DNA of 64,000 bases from Mayamaea pseudoterrestris (Eukaryota). How positions within the stretch are numbered: position 1 is the first letter of the stretch; every line of letters begins with the position of its first letter. This document shows positions 11,553 to 22,632 of this stretch, in pieces. The stretch spans positions 992,001 to 1,056,000 of the forward strand of contig BROI01000007.1 in assembly GCA_027923505.1 (NCBI GenBank), written 5' to 3'. The notes under the pieces were generated by a model. That model saw only the letters and a list, made by a program, of their open reading frames with translations. It was not told where the DNA came from and did no database searches. The position numbers and the translations under genes are program-made.

Positions 11553-12001
11553 GTGGCCTTTTAATTTAAAGTATCATGCGTTTGCCTGCATGGCAAGAGC
11601 CGTAAATACCTGAGCATGTAATCACGCTACAAGCCATTTGCCTTTAAAGATGGAGCCTGCATGGTCGCAAAGATAAGAAATTCCTACAGAAGTAAAATAC
11701 AAGCACCGCTACACTAGAACAATAGAACACCCCAATGCCTCCATTATAGGGAGTCCCTTGCCGCGGGAAGAATGCTGGCGCAGCTTGGCGCATGTGCTCA
11801 AATTACTAGCCCCAACTTTAAGAAAAGAGGGTTGCGCATCTTTCGCGACCAGCGCGGAAGATCCGCAGCTGCCGGCCGCAAACGAATCGAGCGTCCCAGA
11901 AGCTGTTGTGCGCTCCTTCTACTACTACTTGTATTACCTACCATCCAAAGGACGTAGTAGGCTCTCCTGTCCGTGTTTCAATTTGTAGACTCTGCTAAGA
12001 T

Positions 12002-13452
12002 ATGTTTTCCCGGTTGCTCCTTTCCCATCGAACCATCTTGACAGTTTCCCAGCGAGCCGCCCTGCAATGCTACGGCGCGCGAGGACTGGCGACGCAGACG
12101 CAGCGTTTACTCATGCCAATCAAGACTATTGATGTGAGTCATGAAAAAGAGATTAGGACGCAATAAAATTCTATATGCAATGATATATGCATCAGTATTG
12201 CTGCTGCATTAATTCCAAGCCTCCGCCACTCACCACTCACTCCTGCTGTTTCACTTTCCACCCATTTTCTTTCCAGGTTCCAACAATGGGAGACAGCATT
12301 ACGGAAGGAGTCATTGTCGATCTTCCCGTCGCCATTGGCGACTTTGTCAATGCCGACGACGTTGTCGTCGTTTTGGAGACGGACAAGGTATCCGTCGACG
12401 TTCGCGCGCCCGAGGCTGGCGCCTTGACGGAACTATTGGGCGAGATTGACGACGTGATTCAGGTTGGATCACCTCTCTTTCGACTTGATACCGATGCGGA
12501 TGCTCCGGATAGTCCGCCATCTCATCCGGCGCCGGAGGGTATTACGAGCGAAGTGGAGGAAACCCCACCGTCGCCGTCGAGCGAGGAGAAGAGGAGTGCT
12601 CCGTCGCCTCCTCCAGAACCAGTCGCTGCTCCAAAGGCGGCTGCACCGGAGAAAGCTGACGCAGAAAAAATATCCAAACCACCAACCAAACCAGCTGCTG
12701 CGGCTCCATCGCCATCTCACGCCGAAACAACCGTTTTCCTCGGCAATCGCGTCGAGCGCCGCACCAAAATGTCGCGCATGCGCCAGCGCGTGGCCAAGCG
12801 TTTGAAGGATGCCCAAAACACGGCGGCCATGCTCACCACCTTTCAGGAGTGCGACATGGGTCGACTCATGGAGATTCGCAACAAGTTCAAGGATGTCTTT
12901 CTCGAAAAGCATGGCGTCAAGTTGGGTTTCATGAGTGCCTTTGTCAAGGCGGCCACGGCGTCGCTGCATGAGATTCCGGCAGTGAATGCGTATATTGATG
13001 AGGAGACGCAGGAGATTGTTTATCGCGAGTTTTGCGATATTTCCGTTGCCGTGGCGTCGCCGGCAGGTTTGGTGGTGCCAGTGTTGCGCAACACTGAAAA
13101 TATGAGCTTTGCCGATGTGGAGCGCAACATTGCCTTGTATGGTAAAAAGGCCAAGGAAGGAACTTTGAGCTTGGACGACATGGCGGGTGGAACCTTTACC
13201 ATTTCAAACGGTGGAGTCTTTGGTAGCTTGATGGGAACGCCTATTATCAATCCACCTCAGTCGGCCATTCTTGGCATGCATGCTACCAAGATGCGAGCTG
13301 TTGTAGTCGATGGCGAGATTGTCGCACGACCCATGATGTACTTGGCCTTGACGTACGATCATCGACTCATTGATGGCCGGGAGGGTGTAACATTCTTGAA
13401 GAGTATTGCCGACAAGATTTCGGATCCAGCAAAATTGTTGTTGGAGATTTAG
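12002..13452 (+). CDS. DLST: Dihydrolipoamide succinyltransferase (2-oxoglutarate dehydrogenase E2), mitochondrial, exons 12002-12133, 12277-13452
   Basis: Lipoyl domain VPTMGDSITEG...LETDKVSVDV, MSRMRQRVAKRLKDAQNTAAMLTTF, LTYDHRLIDGREGV. Arg/Leu-rich presequence in exon 1. Confidence 0.96.
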
Positions 13453-13717
13453 TCGCTATGAGAAGATTGGGCGTTAACTGCGTTGCTTACGCGGTAGAGT
13501 TGGGCAGTAAATGTGCTTGTTAATGAACAAAATTAAAAATAGGTCTAGTTCGTTTGCGTTCATTCTGTCGTTGCACAGTGAGCTACTACAATTTCTTTTG
13601 GCAATAACGCCAGGCTTGCGTATACAAACGTATAGAAGCAAAGATAAACAAGAAATATCATCTGCTTTAATGGACAAAAAGGGTTTATATGTAGCGCCTG
13701 ATAACACCAATTTAAGT

Positions 13718-15040
13718 TTACTCAATCACCTTTCCAAGCTGGGCCGCCATGACGGACATGACCGTCCACATGCGATTCTCAGCTTCCTGAAAGACAAGAC
13801 TTTGTTCACTGTAAATGACTTCATCAGTAACCTCTTCCGGATGGCGTGGTAGGCAATGCAGAAAGACTGCTCCCTTATTCGCTTGCTTCATGAGATTGCT
13901 GTTCACTTGGTAACCTTCAAAGGCCTCGACGCGCTTTTTGTATTCGTCCTCCTGTCCCATGCTAACCCACGTGTCAGTGACAACCACATCGGCACCCTTG
14001 ACAGCGTCGGCAGCTACCGTCGTTTCCATAATCTTTGATCCACTCTCCTCGGCCAGCTTTTTAGTCTTGAGCAATATATTGGGGTTCGGTCCAAAGCCTT
14101 TTGGCGTTGCAATATTCACATTCATACCCAGAATGGCACTCCCAAGCATCAAATCATGCAACACATTGTTGCCATCTCCAACCCACGCTAGCGTCTTTTT
14201 ACTCAAATTCTTTCCAAAATGCTCCTGCAGCGTCATGAGATCGGCCAAGGTTTGCAGCGGATGATGCAAGTCACTGAGCGCGTTGATCACCGGCACGTCC
14301 GAGTACTTGGCAAGCTCCACCACATCGTCATGACCAAACACGCGCGCCAGTATCAAGTCGTTGAACCGACACAGCACTTGCGCCGTGTCGCGCATGCTTT
14401 CGTTCACACCAAGTTGAATGTCCGACGGCCCGAGAAAGAGGGCGTGACCGCCCAGCAAATTCATGCCCGTTTCCGTCGACACGCGCGTGCGGGTGGATCG
14501 CTTCTGGAAAATCATGGACATGGAGTGGCCCGTCAGTGGTCGGGGAGCGTTTTGCACGTTTTCGCGGGCGTACACCTTTTTGTAGTGCACCGACAAGTCG
14601 AGGAGGCCTTGGAGTTCATGTTTGCTGTGTGACGCAAGAAGAGAAGAGAGCAGACATGTCAGGCATGGGTAGGTAAATACAATGGACGTTTACTGTATAA
14701 ACAACAACATCAAAACTTCCGGAAGAGTCGGTTCGCATGGATGCAGCGCCAAGCTTTCGCTTGCGCTCCGATCTATGCGGCAAAAAGCTTGCATCTGCGA
14801 AACACCAAGACTTTTGACTGATACTGGAATCACTCGCGTACCCTGTCTGCTACTACTAGCTGCTGCTTACCTGAGTTGATCAATCGTCATGAAGTCAACG
14901 CCCTTGAGGCTCGCCACCGACGACGAGACGGACATTTGACGCTTAATGGCAATGGAACGAAGCGACGAGGATTTTAGTAATTTGCTTCCACTCGTCAAGG
15001 CAGCAAGGCGGATGGATGAATTGGCAGTTGCAGCAAACAT
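13718..15040 (-). CDS. OTC: Ornithine carbamoyltransferase, mitochondrial-type, exons 15040-14871, 14624-13718
   Basis: FQKRSTRTR, HPLQTLAD, GDGNNV, DTWVSMG, HCLP, EAENR motifs. Ser/Arg/Lys-rich presequence. GT-AG intron 14870-14625. Confidence 0.95.
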
Positions 15041-15510
15041 GATGACGATGGATGATGATGAAGCGAGAGTAAGCCGTCGTTAGGCCTATAGAGAGGGCAG
15101 TACGTATGTGTAGACTGGATCAAATTGAAAGTGAGTCGAATGCGATGGGAAGGAGGTGCGTCGAATCTTCCGCGGCAGGCGTGCGTTTGTCACGTGGCGG
15201 CTGTACGAAAGGTACCACGAAACAGCTGGCAATGGAGGCATGCAAGTGCGTGCCTTTTTACTACTCGTATGTTGCGATGCAATTGCACATCCACTTCACC
15301 AAATAATACTGAAGATTGCAAAAATGTCGATTGGTAGAGCTACCCTATCGGTAGTAGAAGAGAAGGCCATGGCCAAGCAAGGCAACCTGGAGTTGTGAGA
15401 ACCGGTACGACGTCATCGGATTCGCGTGCGACGCTTTCAACATTCGACCATGATCATCATCATCATCCATCACATCACTAGCATTGCCTTGTCGCCAATC
15501 GAGAACTAAC

Positions 15511-16738
15511 ATGAAGAATGCTGTATTAAGAAGTCAGGGATCCCTGGCCATGAAGCGATCACTACGATTTTTGAGTATAGGTGGCGCGACTGACAACTCG
15601 TCGTCCACCATTAGCAGCAGCAAGTTGTCCAGCTCAGCAACCACTACACCACCAACCAACAACCAGCACCAGCGCATTTGGGACACTGCCGGCACTGGCC
15701 GCATCTGGACGGAGCGGGTCGCTGACCAACATAGAGAATCTCTCAGTGACATTATCGGCCGCATCCAGGACCAGGAACTGGCGGGTGGCCGCCTGCGCGC
15801 CAAGCAGCTGGGGGTGCTGCACGACGATCCAGCCACGGACATGGAGCTACTCACCACCAACTATACCGTCAAGGCGATCGCTTCGGCCTTGCGTGATCGA
15901 GAAGATATACTGCAGCAAGCAGCCGTACTAGCTGATGAAAATCGCTTCGATGAACTAAAGCAGCTACTCAAGGTGTGTCATCCACGCTTTGTGTCGGAGC
16001 GGCGGACCCGGCGCATTCCGGCGGACATGACGCAAGATTTGAATAGCTTTGCGCTCGAGTCGATTCGAAAGGCGCTCATGAGGCGGCCAAGGACAGTGAC
16101 GCAGGCGCATAGCAAGCGCGCGGGAGTCGTCATTCCGCTGTGTACCGTGGATGGTGTGCCGAGTGTCTTGTTTGAAAAGCGAGCCAAGAATATCAGAGCT
16201 CATGCTGACGAAGTTTGTTTGCCGGGAGGAATGGTATGTCAGGAAAACGACCCGACCATTGTTCAAACATGTCTTCGCGAAATGCAGGAGGAGATTGGAG
16301 GCATTGACCCGGTCAATATTACAGTCCTTGGCGTGTTACGATGCAACTGGGGTATGTCAAATCAGGCGTGAGTGATGAGCGTATTTTCTTGCGGACATCT
16401 TTCCTCACACAGATACTTGACGCTTCATAACAGGTGAAGTCCATCATCTAGTCGGAATCGCTGTCACTCCGGTTGTTTGCTTCCTCGGCGAAATGCCTAC
16501 CAACCTGTCTCCAAACGCTGACGAAGTAGCCGAAGTCTTTACCATACCTCTCTCCGAGTTTCCCAAGCGACACTTGTGGGTCCGCAAGGAAGGCATGGCT
16601 CCCATCTTTTTGGGTGGTCCCTACGTTATATGGGGCTTGACAGGTTATATTCTTGATCGGTTTTACAGGGACATTTTGCTGCCAAATAATTTATCCTCCT
16701 CGGACGAGGGGAATGATGAAGTATCTGGTCGACTCTAA
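15511..16738 (+). CDS. Nudix hydrolase, CoA-pyrophosphatase (NUDT7/NUDT8/PCD1)-like, exons ~15511-16351, 16434-16738
   Basis: LFEKRAKNIRAHADEVCLPGG, CLREMQEEIG Nudix box, PNADEVAEVFTIPL, IWGLTG. Start codon uncertain. Confidence 0.85.
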
Positions 16739-17094
16739 ACGGGATGTTAGATTGCAACCGTTGAGCATGAAGCTCAGCTCTCGGTTGAAATTCCATTTGC
16801 GACTTACAGTTAATTTCTTCGTCATTTTCATGCCTTTAGCACACCACACGTAGTTCAGTACATGCCTAGCTAAGATAGTAAGATTCAAGATGCGTCTGCG
16901 ACTATCTTTGACTGTGAGTAGCATTCCAAGTTGACATCATGATAGCTAAACGCGTCGTTCCGGTACCGCACGATTCGTTCTGGAAAGATCCTTCGCACCT
17001 ATCGCACGTGTTTGCCATCTTGGTTGTTTTGCGGATTTCAAGTCGACCATTGATGATTCGCACAAAGCAATTGTGTTAGTAGAGCATACAAGCA

Positions 17095-18075
17095 ATGATG
17101 TGGTTTGATCGTCGTTTCATCTATGTTGCTGCAGCTTTCTGCGTAACGACTGCCGCTGTCGACGCTGCGCCATCGAATCCTGGTGTCGGCTGGCGCATGC
17201 TGGGCTCATTGTTCAAAGACGGCAGCAAAGAAAACATAGCTTCCTCAGATCAGCAAAAGTCCATTCTGCTCATTGGCGCTGGACTTCCTCGGACGGGAAC
17301 CCTGAGCTTCATCACAGCCTTGGATCGACTCGGCTTGAATTCCTATCATGTCAAGCGCATGATGGAAACGCCTGGACACGTGGACCTATGGTACCGTTTT
17401 CGAGTCATGCAGGAAGGAAACTTGACGTCCATGATGGATCGCATCCAACACGAAGGTTTCAATGCAACGTATGGACTGCTATCGGTTTACTACAAGGAAC
17501 TCATGGAAGAATATCCAGACGCTCTCGTCATTTTGACAGTGCGAAGCGAGGACCACGAAAGCAAGGCTGCCGGAGAAGCTTGGGCCAAGAGCATTCGCAA
17601 TACTGTAGCAAACGTCCCTTCACTCATGAAACAAATTCCGTTTCGCTGGATTCCAAAGATGCGCAAGCATTCCGCAATCGTTCGCTCCATGTTTCAAGAG
17701 TTTGCGTCAACGGATCGTACGACGGGAGACATGATAGCGAATCGACTGCCCCATGACTACGACGCTTGGAACGACCAAGTCAAATCTCACGTTCCAGCGG
17801 AGCGACTCCTCGTATTTGCCGCCAAGGATGGCTGGGAGCCACTGTGCCGATTCCTGTCGCCGCTTCACCCAGAGATTCGCGCCAAGTGTGACGAGATTCT
17901 AGCGTCCGGCGAACCGTACCCGCGCGTCAATGAAATGAAGGGGTTTCGAAACTTGTTTCTGGTCCTGCGCACTGTGACTTTTTTGACGTATGCAGTGCCT
18001 GTCATGGCGGCATTGTACGTCATTAGACTAGGGGGAAGGAATCGACGACTGCATGCAAAGGCGAAGATCTACTAG
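17095..18075 (+). CDS. Sulfotransferase-family P-loop protein (Sulfotransfer_4-like) with signal peptide and C-terminal TM segment
   Basis: IGAGLPRTGTLS, YPDALVILTVR, VPAERLLVF..KDGWEPLCRFL, PYPRVN motifs. Confidence 0.8.
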   Translation: MMWFDRRFIYVAAAFCVTTAAVDAAPSNPGVGWRMLGSLFKDGSKENIASSDQQKSILLIGAGLPRTGTLSFITALDRLGLNSYHVKRMMETPGHVDLWYRFRVMQEGNLTSMMDRIQHEGFNATYGLLSVYYKELMEEYPDALVILTVRSEDHESKAAGEAWAKSIRNTVANVPSLMKQIPFRWIPKMRKHSAIVRSMFQEFASTDRTTGDMIANRLPHDYDAWNDQVKSHVPAERLLVFAAKDGWEPLCRFLSPLHPEIRAKCDEILASGEPYPRVNEMKGFRNLFLVLRTVTFLTYAVPVMAALYVIRLGGRNRRLHAKAKIY

Positions 18076-18562
18076 TATATTTTGTATAGCACTTTAGTTA
18101 TATATCCGGCTTCACAGACCGCGGTGCACATGCCGTACTTCTTGCAGTCGACTCCGTTCTGCGACATCCTCTACCCCGGCCAGTCAATTTACTGCGTCTA
18201 CTATGTTAATCTGCAGGCTTGTACAACCATTGATCCTACCACCTCCCCGCCCCGCGAATGTGTTATCGGTTTTTGCAGACCGCCGTCCTTTCTCTCCTGA
18301 TATGTTAGCAGCAGATTATCTGGTGTGTAAGGTTGAGTGCAGGTCAACGCGAATAGCTGCGTCAAACAAAAGTCTTTCCGGTACTTGCATGTGAAACGGT
18401 GCGACAGAATAACGCGCCAGCCGGGCAATCGTGCCAATGAACGAGCGAGTCTTGCGGCGCGCGCATTCGCGGACCTCGTCATTCGCTTTCGCGTCCATCG
18501 TCGACCAAACAGCCCATCACTTCCATTGACAGTCAATGAACTACCGTATACGCGCTGCCACC

Positions 18563-20130
18563 ATGGTAACTCCATCATCTTCCTCATCGTCCAGTAATAC
18601 TAATAATAGTAACCGACATGACAATCCCCAACGAATTTCCAAAAGCTTGTTTGTCATTGCACTAGTCGCTGGGCCATGCGTTGTGGCAGCCTCCTACATG
18701 CTTCTCCGCGACTCGGCAGCCGACGTTTCGCGACGAGAAAGCAGCGTTGTAAAATTCTTGAATGCAAATACTATAGCCACGGATGGCGAGAGTCAATATC
18801 CAGACTACAGCGACTCGCCATATTGCAGTGACAAGGGTCCCTTGCTTGACATTATTCGATCTACCGGCGTTGACATTGATCATCACGAGCAGCGCGACAT
18901 TATATGCAGCTACCTGCCAAAGTGGAGCGAGATTTCGGCACTGTACGGAGACGAGCCGAAAATTATTGGCCTCGAACGATGCCAGGAATATCGAGACATG
19001 CTCAAGGCCGCCAACCAAACTGCCAATGTTACTGCTGCACCAATCTACCCCATGCCTCGCGTGGCTGGCTTGCAAAACTGCGGAACGACGGCGCTAGCCG
19101 ACACTTTTTTCAATAACTTGTCGCCCAATCCAACGCTTCATGGTTCCGACAATCCGCGCGTCATGAATGTTCCCTGGCGCAAGCATACGCCCTGGCACTA
19201 TCGCTACAATATTACGTCGCCGTACCATGGGTGGGTGGAGAATAAGGAGCATGTACTGCCTGTGGTAGTAGTAAGGGATCCGTATCGATGGATGGCGGTA
19301 TGTGAATAATTGTGGTACTTTGTGTTTCGGATCATTTTTGCTCTGCTGCTCTGTATACTAATCATTTAGAATGTCTTTCTTTCTCTGCACTTCCATTTCT
19401 GCGTAGAGCATGGTACGTTTCATTCGCTCGACAAGTCTGTGAAGCGTCTATTTTTTACTAACGTTTGCAATTTCTACTACTACAGTGCAAAATCAATTAC
19501 AACGTTCACTGGGAGCGTTCCACGAAACATTGTCCAAACCTTGTACCATATCCATATTTTGGTAATGAAACGCAGACACCGACATGGGGTAAGTTTTATA
19601 GACGTAGAAAGGACAACAAACACTGCGTTACAGCAACTGACTTGTCACTTATCTTCGCATTTGCAGCATGGATGGGAATGCGATGGCCTACTCTACCGAA
19701 TCCTGAAATTTATGACGAAGGTTTGATCGGCCTGTGGAACGAGTGGAACCGCGAGTACTTGAACGTCGAGACTCCACGCCTCATTGTTCGCTTTGAGGAC
19801 ACTCTGTTTCACGCTGAAAAGGTGTTTCAGGCCGTTGCGGAATGCGCTGGAATAGTGCCAGCCACTGACAAGTTTGAAAGAGTGGTGGTGAGTGCCAAGG
19901 ACGAGGCAACGCAAAAGAGTTCCGACATGCTGTCTGGCTTAAAAAAGGCTGGAACACCCATTGGGCGCACATCGCAAATGATTGTCGAGGATATTCAGTT
20001 TGCCAAGGCACATTTAGATCCCGATTTGATGGAGGCTTTTGGCTACGTTCACCCAGAAGACATGCCGGAAGGCTCGTATGCTGCTGAAGACATGTACAAC
20101 CGGACTCATGGGTTAAATAGTGAGCGATGA
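18563..20130 (+). CDS. Type II membrane sulfotransferase-like protein, exons 18563-19297, 19407-19412, 19486-19588, 19667-20130
   Basis: N-terminal TM helix, RVAGLQNCGT P-loop-like motif, PWRKH, VVVRDPYRWMASMCK after splicing, RLIVRFEDTLFH. Confidence 0.72.
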
Positions 20131-20425
20131 TGTCGCTTGTTATCTCGACAAGCAATTATAATCGGATTGATCAGTAGAAGCAGACCGATCAGTGCAGTCA
20201 ATGCTAGTCTTTCTGCTCATGTCATTCGAACGTAGTTTGATAAAAATATAACCTCATATAATGCCAATTGCAGCAAGCGTGCGTTTATGTAAAGATTATC
20301 GTAAATATGTAGAGCAGCCAACACAGACGAACGAAAGAGAACTCGCCCTTGAATACGTGTCGTGGTAGCCTCCGATTTATAGATAATGTATCAGCTCGCT
20401 ACTCTTGCAGCGGTGCAGCGGCCTC

Positions 20426-22195
20426 TCAGTCAATCTTTTGCAACGCACGCTGGACATGCGAGTGCTTGCACAGACGTTTAAAATGAACCAGTGTCATCAG
20501 CATGAGAAGTGACATCAAAACGTGCATTACTCCCTTCAGAATGCGCGCAGAGCCTGGCACAAGCGTCTGCTCAAACTGACGCAGCCACTTTTCCGACTCA
20601 AACGTTGCCGAGTACCACAACAATGGCCAAATGACGAGGCGCGTGACAACGTAGCTCGGCAAGACGAGCAAAAAGTAGACCCTCCAAACTACTTCCGATC
20701 GCCTCCATCGACTGTTTTCCGGCGCATTCGTGCATATCTGAAGCAAATGCAGAAAGCAAGAGCTCACATCAAACGCAAACATACCAATGGCGCCCAAGCG
20801 GCGCAAGCTGGAGAAAATGTACGCGGCTCCAATCGCGACAAGCAACAAGACATGCTGCACCATGGAGCCAAGGTAATTGGCGGAACTAGACTGCATGCTC
20901 AGAAATCGACGAGGCGCGCTGTGGGGGTTCTTCAACAGCATGGCAATGGACCAAACGTGAAATGCCCCCGAGTGCCAGTGGTATGACGCCTGGAACAAAA
21001 AGTAGCGCCGTAAGGTAGTGTTGCAATGATCATAGTCTTCGTCAATGCCAAGCGTCAATCCACCGTTCAGATCCCAGCAATTCTTGGTGGAGCCACTGCC
21101 AAGAACAAACCAGGGCCAAAAGTTGGCGTGATGAAAGCTGTAAAAAGCCAGTATTACCGCACAAGCCGTGTAAAAGAGTCGAAACACGGCGGTCGCAAAG
21201 CGCGGCGCCGAGTACAAGTCCGGATGGCTCAGCAGTACCACCTGCGGCGCTTGACAGCTCGACTCGTTTTCTATCTTTGGTGGCATTAATTCTCGCTCGG
21301 ACTCGTCAAAGCGCATCCCAACGTCATCGTCATCCCAATCATAAGGCTCGTTAGCTGCGGCAAACTCATGCTTGCCCGTATTGTTATTATTATTTCGATC
21401 AATCGAGTAGTCACTCGACAACAAGTGACTACTCTTGCACCGCAGCAACGCTTCAATCGACTCGTAGTCGCGCGGCACCAAGTAGTGCACCAGCAAGCCC
21501 CGACAGACGGCCAGCAGCAGGCTGAGCAAGGAAATTAGTGTAACGTCGCTCCAGGCCGTATCCTGGCTGTACAATGGTGCGTAGCGAGCCTGCTCGAGCT
21601 CGATACCGGGGCAGACATAGGCCGTGTAGGAGTTTGGATCAACGTCCATGGGATCGGGGCAAACGCTTGACATGAAACTCTGATAGTAGTATGATCCGTA
21701 ACTATAGGCCGCGTTGGAAAAGGAATGTGATGATTGTTCCACATTCGCCGCCGACGTCGTCGCCTTTGGCTCTTGAAACTCGTTCAAGTACAACTGATAC
21801 AAGTATCCCAATAGCGACGGCAGAATCAAGCAACAAAGATACATGGCGGAACCTTCCAGCAATACTTGCCAGGAACTAGGCTGTTTCGGCGTCTGTTGGG
21901 GCGAGTCCAAATGCTTGGGCAGTTTAGACGGCGACGGCTTCATCGTTTCGCTCCCTGCTCTATTGCCTTGCTGCTTTTGGCGCATGGCAATCGTGACTCC
22001 CACTGGGTTCGCCATGGTGTCAGATTCGTTGGTTGCTGCTGGACGAGTAGAAGCTTCTGCTGTTGCTGCTGTTGCGTCTAATACGTCAATTATTTCTTCG
22101 TCCTTAATCTCCTCGTCTTCTATACTTGGCTCCAGGCAGCAGAGTGCGGAATGATGAGCAGGACCCGGGGAGGGCGCGCGGCAATCTCGAAACAA
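20426..22195 (-). CDS. TLC (TRAM/LAG1/CLN8) domain membrane protein, ceramide-synthase-like
   Basis: Multiple TM segments, RRYFLFQASYH, Lag1-like region MVQHV...RRLGAIGMFAFDVSS, TRLVIWP. First in-frame ATG at 22015; the true 5' end is uncertain. Confidence 0.72.
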   Translation of the reverse strand: MFRDCRAPSPGPAHHSALCCLEPSIEDEEIKDEEIIDVLDATAATAEASTRPAATNESDTMANPVGVTIAMRQKQQGNRAGSETMKPSPSKLPKHLDSPQQTPKQPSSWQVLLEGSAMYLCCLILPSLLGYLYQLYLNEFQEPKATTSAANVEQSSHSFSNAAYSYGSYYYQSFMSSVCPDPMDVDPNSYTAYVCPGIELEQARYAPLYSQDTAWSDVTLISLLSLLLAVCRGLLVHYLVPRDYESIEALLRCKSSHLLSSDYSIDRNNNNNTGKHEFAAANEPYDWDDDDVGMRFDESERELMPPKIENESSCQAPQVVLLSHPDLYSAPRFATAVFRLFYTACAVILAFYSFHHANFWPWFVLGSGSTKNCWDLNGGLTLGIDEDYDHCNTTLRRYFLFQASYHWHSGAFHVWSIAMLLKNPHSAPRRFLSMQSSSANYLGSMVQHVLLLVAIGAAYIFSSLRRLGAIGMFAFDVSSCFLHLLQICTNAPENSRWRRSEVVWRVYFLLVLPSYVVTRLVIWPLLWYSATFESEKWLRQFEQTLVPGSARILKGVMHVLMSLLMLMTLVHFKRLCKHSHVQRALQKID

Positions 22196-22632
22196 GAGCC
22201 TCAGCTTGGAAACAAGTGTGTAATCGTTGTCAAGGCAGGCGCGAGTCGACTATTCCACGCTGGTGGTCTGGTGGTCTGGTGGTGGCTGAGAGTGGAGTCG
22301 TTTATATAGTAGTGACTTGGAAGCTAACAAAATCACACGGTATTATTCGTGATTGCTAGGCTCTAATCGAATGACGCCGCTAACAATTTGTTTGTTTGTA
22401 CACAAGTAGACGCTCGGTTCTGGTCACTTCGAGGCAGCGACATCAACTTGTGCAGATTCAACCGCCCGCGCGCCGTCGCGGCGGAGAAACTGGCGCGACA
22501 AAGTGTCGTAGCGGTTTCCATCCTGACTTTCGGTTTCTTCCATTTCGCGCAAATGTGATTTGTGATGTAAGCATGTGTCATGACAGCAGAATATGAACAT
22601 GAAGTATGAATCGATATAGACTATGAGACACC

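Noticed and set aside
19589..19666. Read-through of the 19465-20130 ORF as a single exon
   Set aside because: The segment is a 78-nt in-frame GTAAGT...GCAG intron with a CTGAC branch-like site, so it is more likely spliced.
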